Source: the human T2T-CHM13v2.0 reference genome, Homo sapiens. From it: a stretch of 64,000 nt of DNA. The DNA lies in assembly GCF_009914755.1 (NCBI RefSeq), contig NC_060948.1; one strand, 5' to 3'. Made by a program: the position numbers and the translations under genes. Position 1 is the stretch's first letter, and every line of letters starts with the position of its first letter. Shown one piece after another: positions 59,735 to 64,000 of this stretch. Under the pieces are notes generated by a model. The model did not search any database. It worked only from the letters and a program-made list of their open reading frames with translations, and was not told the DNA's origin.

Positions 59735-60032
59735 CTTTTTTTGTTTTTTCATTTCTTTTGAGACAGAGTATTACTCTGTCACCTGGGCTGAAGTGCAATG
59801 GCATGATCTTGGCTCATTGCAACCCCTGCCTCCTGTGATTCCCCTGCCTCAGCCTTCCGAGTAGCTGGAAATACAGGTGACCACCACTATGACAGGCTAA
59901 TTTTTGTATTTTTTAGTGAAGAAAAAGTTTCACCATGTTGGTCACGCTGGTCTCAAATTCCTGACCTCAGGTGATCCCCCTCCTTGGCCTCCCAAAGTTC
60001 TAGGATTACAGACATGGGCCACCACATCCAGT
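59735..60032 (-). mobile_element. Alu, paralogue of the one at 51,430-51,732
   Basis: Alu arms with the same flanking unique sequence 'catctaatg(g/c)cttgact'. Confidence 0.88.
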
Positions 60033-60371
60033 CATGTCCTCACTTTTATAGCTTCTGCCCAGGTATCTTGCTTCTAATCCTCCTGACTTTTGGATCTGTC
60101 AAGGTCCTCTGAGAGCAGGCACATAGGCATTTCCCATCAGTCTTCATCGTCACTCACTCTAGCAATATACTGAGCTTCTAAATTTTCCTTCCAAGAAGTC
60201 AAACTACCCAACTATTTCCCTGACTTCTCAGCTTGATGCCTAAGAGTTTTAATACTAACTTGCCAATCTCTGGAAGCTAATGAAGCCCAGCATCTTGTAG
60301 CCCCAGGGTTTTGAAGAGGAAAAATGATTTTTTTTACCATAACTCTGCATGACTATTAAACTGGCTTATTT

Positions 60372-60782
60372 TTGTAGTTTAAATATTTTTCCCTCCAAGC
60401 CTCAGGTTGAAATGTGGTTGTCCACACTATAAATGACACCTAGTGTGGGGCTGGATCCCTCATAAATGGCTTGGCACCCTCACCATGGTTAATAAGTGAG
60501 TTTTCCACTCTATTAGTTCCCACAATGGAATTTACATCCAAATAGGTTGTTCAAAAGAGCCTGATACTGTCTCCCATTCTCTCTCTTGCTCTCTCCACAT
60601 GTGGCATGCCTGTTTTCCTTTACCTTCTGTCCTGAGTGGAAGCCTCATGAGACTCTCACCAGATGCAGATGCTGAGACCACACATCTTTTACAGCCTCCA
60701 GAACCAGGAGCCAATGAAAGCTTTTTTCTTTATAAATGTTCCAGTCTCATTCTTTTATAGGAACACAAACAGAATAAGCCAT
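60372..60782 (+). mobile_element. MST-type MaLR LTR
   Basis: 'ggatccctcataaatggcttggc...taagtgagtt...ccagatgcagatgctg...acagcctccagaaccaggagccaa...ttttttctttataaat...ccagtctca'. Confidence 0.8.
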
Positions 60783-60982
60783 GTATCTCTGGCTGATAAT
60801 GTGCCTATATCAGTAAGCAGTGGAGCTCAGCATTCACTGTTTCCTTTGTTCCACAGAGGAAAAAAAAAGTGGTTTTCGGTGGTCCCGTGAAATTGTCCTT
60901 AAATCCAACCCTTGGCTTACTCTAGCTTTCAGGTTCTCCATGGAAGCACCACAACATTTTAAACTCCTCCCTTAGGACCAGT

Positions 60983-61285
60983 ATTTTTTTTTTTTGAGAT
61001 TGAGTCTCACTCTGTCACCCATGTTGGAGGGAAGTGGCATGATCTCAGCTCACTTTGACCTCCATCTGCTGGGTTCAAGATATATTCCTGCCTCAACCTT
61101 CCAAGTAGCTGGGACTACAGGCACATGCCACCAGGCCTGGCTGATTTTTTTCTTTTTTGGTATGTTTAATAGAGAGGAGATTTCACCATTTTAGCCAGGA
61201 TGGTCTCAACCTCCTGAACTTGTGATATGCCCACCTCATCCTCCCAAAGTGCTGGAGTTACAGGTGTGAGCCACTGTGATCAGCA
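60983..61285 (-). mobile_element. Alu
   Basis: Poly-T plus both arms, ending 'cctcccaaagtgctggagttacaggtgtgagccactg'. Confidence 0.9.
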
Positions 61286-62689
61286 TAGACCATTCTTTTA
61301 ACTTGCCTGTTTCTGGGATCTGAAGTGACAGAGTAGGCATTCTGTGATTCTGCTAATTCCTACCCTCTCCACAAAAACAAAAAAACAAACAAACAAAAAC
61401 TCAGCTCACAAATATCCTTAGATAAGGACACCTTAGTGAATGATTCTATAACTTGGGATTGAATCTATGACACCTTTTTTGACTGTAGAACATAGAATAG
61501 CCATACACATAGGATAAAAGAACAGTTTTAATTTGAAGTTTTTTTTCTCCCCAAGCCAGCACAGTGTTGCATATGAAAAACATTTCCCTGGACTCACAGT
61601 TTCTTCAGATTGGAGAGAGTTGAAAGTGCACATTCAGGCTTTTCTTTTCCATTTTGCAATTCTTCACATGATGTTCTCTCTAGTCTTACCCAGTGGGTAA
61701 CATCGAGGGTATCAGACAACTGGGGTCAGGTAGAAACAAACTACATGGATGGGGCTCACATTGACCATGAAAGTAATCTTACTGGTGGCTTTGCATTCCA
61801 GCCAGCAGAGGAGAACCACCAGAGAAACTAGGCAACAACATCATTCTGCAGCAACCAACCGTGGTTGATTGGTCTGCCAGGCTCAAATCATTGGCCAACT
61901 GCCAAATCCCACCCTGGCTTTCTCTGCAGAACTTCCCAGGCTGTGACAAAGAGGCAGCTTGGTAATTACCCACAGAATGTTCATGTGACCCCACCCAATC
62001 TAGGCTATCATACTTTTGACCATCTTAGCCCTGTGTGCTCCACCCATCCCCAGGCTGAATATCAGAGGCAGTTTAGGCAGTTTAGTGGTTAAGGATGAAG
62101 TTGCTGGCTCTAACTGGACCCAGAGGGCAAGTAGCTTATATAATAAGCCTTGTTACCTCTGGAAGGATGTTCACTTCTGATATATCTAATGGAAATCACT
62201 GGGGTGTTAGAATCTCTAGAGCACATGATTTTATTGAGAAACCGAGAATCCCAGTCTCAGTTCCAGCTCCTCCCTCTGCTGCTCAGAAACAACTACCATG
62301 CTGGGGAACTTGCCTGTCTGAGCCAATGAATGTAGTCTATCCAGGCTCTCTCCAGCAGAAAATGGATCTAGACTCTCCAGCCTTTGTTCCCTATTGGGAG
62401 AACCCACTCTCAGCTCTGGTTCTTCCCTATGTCAGGGAATTATAAGCTCTTTGAGAAACTTTCTGGGCAAATGCAACTTTCTTAGCCCAGACCAGGTTCT
62501 AAATGATCTGTTCAACAGCAATGTCAAGGGAGCTGATTTTCAGCCCCAGAGCCTCCTGCTGCAGGCAGAAAACTAGCCCATTTGTGCAGAGACCTTCCAG
62601 TAATCATCACAGCCAAAATTACAGCCATGCCATTCTCTGTTCCACAACAGAATCAAAGTGAACCCGGTCTCAGCTCCAGCCTGTCCAAT

Positions 62690-62812
62690 TTCAATTTCTG
62701 AAATTGAATCATTACTAATAAATAACCTACCAGCCAAAAAAAAAAAAGCCAAGAAACTGACAGATTCAGGATGCATTCTACCATATATACAAAGAGCTGC
62801 ATCATATTCCAC
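62690..62812 (+). mobile_element. Short old L1 ORF2 fragment
   Basis: 'tctgaaattgaatca...aataacctaccagccaaaaaaa...cagattca...attctaccatatatacaaagagctg' (peptide 'SEIESLLINNLPAKKK'). Confidence 0.7.
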
Positions 62813-63114
62813 TGTGTGGGTGATCCTAGATTGTTCAACTGGTTGTGAATGTATGCTTATACACACACACAAAACGCACACAACTAGGTTTCATGTTCTG
62901 TCAAAAAGCAGCAATGGAAATGCCATGCTGGTCTCTGGTATTATCTGAAGGCTCATTGGGAAGGACCCATTCCTTTGTTTGCATTACATTTTTGCCAGGA
63001 GCCTTGTCCACAATGGCAGTTTTTCAGTGGTTTCTTACAGCTCTGTAGATAACCTGCAATTATGTTTATTTACATGCTTTACAATATCTTCGTTAGTCTT
63101 TATCTCTAAACTTG

Positions 63115-63270
63115 AGGCTGGGTACAATGGCTAAAGTCTATAATTTCAGTACTTTAGGAAGTTGATGTTGGAGGATCCTCTGAGCCCAAAAGTGTTAGAC
63201 TACAGTGATGTATAATTCAGACTGTTGACAGAGCAAGACCCTCACTCTAAGTAAATAAATAATAAAAATA
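63115..63270 (+). mobile_element. FLAM/Alu monomer
   Basis: 'ggctgggtacaatggct...taatttcagtactttaggaa...ggaggatc...tgagccca...gacagagcaagaccct' plus an A-rich tail. Confidence 0.75.
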
Positions 63271-63929
63271 CAACTGATAGTAGTATTTTTGTTTTACCAT
63301 TTGGAAATACAAATTTCCTTGATCAAATACATGAATATTTGATAGCCACTAACACAACACATTTGCTTGTGCATGGGAGCCGATGCAGGAAAGCAGAGGG
63401 ATTGGATGCTCTTTTCTTCTTAATGCCTGAACGCGGGTACTATGATGATAAGTGGTGAGTTTGGAACAGGAAGGCTTTCTGCCAGAGCCATCAAAGCTAT
63501 GGGAATAAAACTCTCCACAAGTCAGGAAACAAAACAATCATTACTGGTAATAGTAAATGGAAAATCTTTTGCAGATTTGATTGCACTTTTAATTTAATAT
63601 GGACTAGGCAGCATAATACAGACTACCCGGCCCCTAATAGTGTGCAATTTGATGACAAATGTCAATTGTGTTTGGTTGTTGGAAACTAGGTTTCAGCTCT
63701 TCCAAGAAGCTTAGTTACATGAGTAATTTTGACAATACTCATAGTTACTTGAGTATTGTCAAATATACACCAGCTTATTTTAACATTTCTGTTAGTCCAC
63801 CAGAGACCTAAATATTATTAATATTATTTTAAACATAAAATATTAATGTAAACATAGTTCAAAATTCATGTGGATAATGAGTAAAATCATGTTTTTATTT
63901 TTATTCATTTCCTTTTGGTTTCATGCCTT

Positions 63930-64000
63930 TCATTCTCTTTTTCTCCCTCCCTTCTTCCCTCCCTCCCTTCTCCCTGTCTTTCTTTCCTTCTTTCCTTCTT
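63930..64000. repeat. CT-rich low-complexity tract
   Basis: 'ctccctcccttcttccctccctcccttctccc...ttccttc'. Confidence 0.85.

Noticed and set aside
61650-62690. Possible processed pseudogene or exon cluster
   Set aside because: I recognised no protein motif in any frame. It abuts an old L1 fragment and may be old L1 5' sequence; a RepeatMasker run would settle it.

Overview
This is primate (hominoid-like) Y-chromosome ampliconic or degenerate DNA, and I found no intact host protein-coding gene. The first 10 kb is AT-rich sequence with old repeats (L2, MIR, MLT1), L1PA pieces and an ERV1 solo LTR. It joins abruptly at ~10,006 to a TSPY pseudogene (minus strand, exon 1 plus a truncated exon 2). 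That copy sits head-to-head across a CpG island with a much more diverged spliced TSPY paralogue (plus strand, exons 1-5). The main hidden element is on the minus strand at ~16.3-29.5 kb and is only partly visible in the ORF track. It is a decayed multi-exon gene with a ~7 kb exon of ~11-aa Trp-periodic repeats, followed by seven small exons encoding two tandem trypsin-fold (S1A) domains and a PRSS55-like C-terminal tail. This architecture best fits a pseudogenised PRSSLY. Further right lie an L1 between ~600-bp direct repeats and a 5'-truncated RBMY pseudogene with two SRGY exons. Its intron 4 holds a twin-primed inverted L1 and a young L1 that splits an AT-rich minisatellite. The window ends with an Alu-rich tandem duplication and an internally deleted ERV9/LTR12 provirus whose flanks lack a TSD and skip 665 bp relative to the paralogous copy. 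All translations and coordinates were read by hand and may be off by a few bases; family names come from recalled consensus sequences, not database searches.
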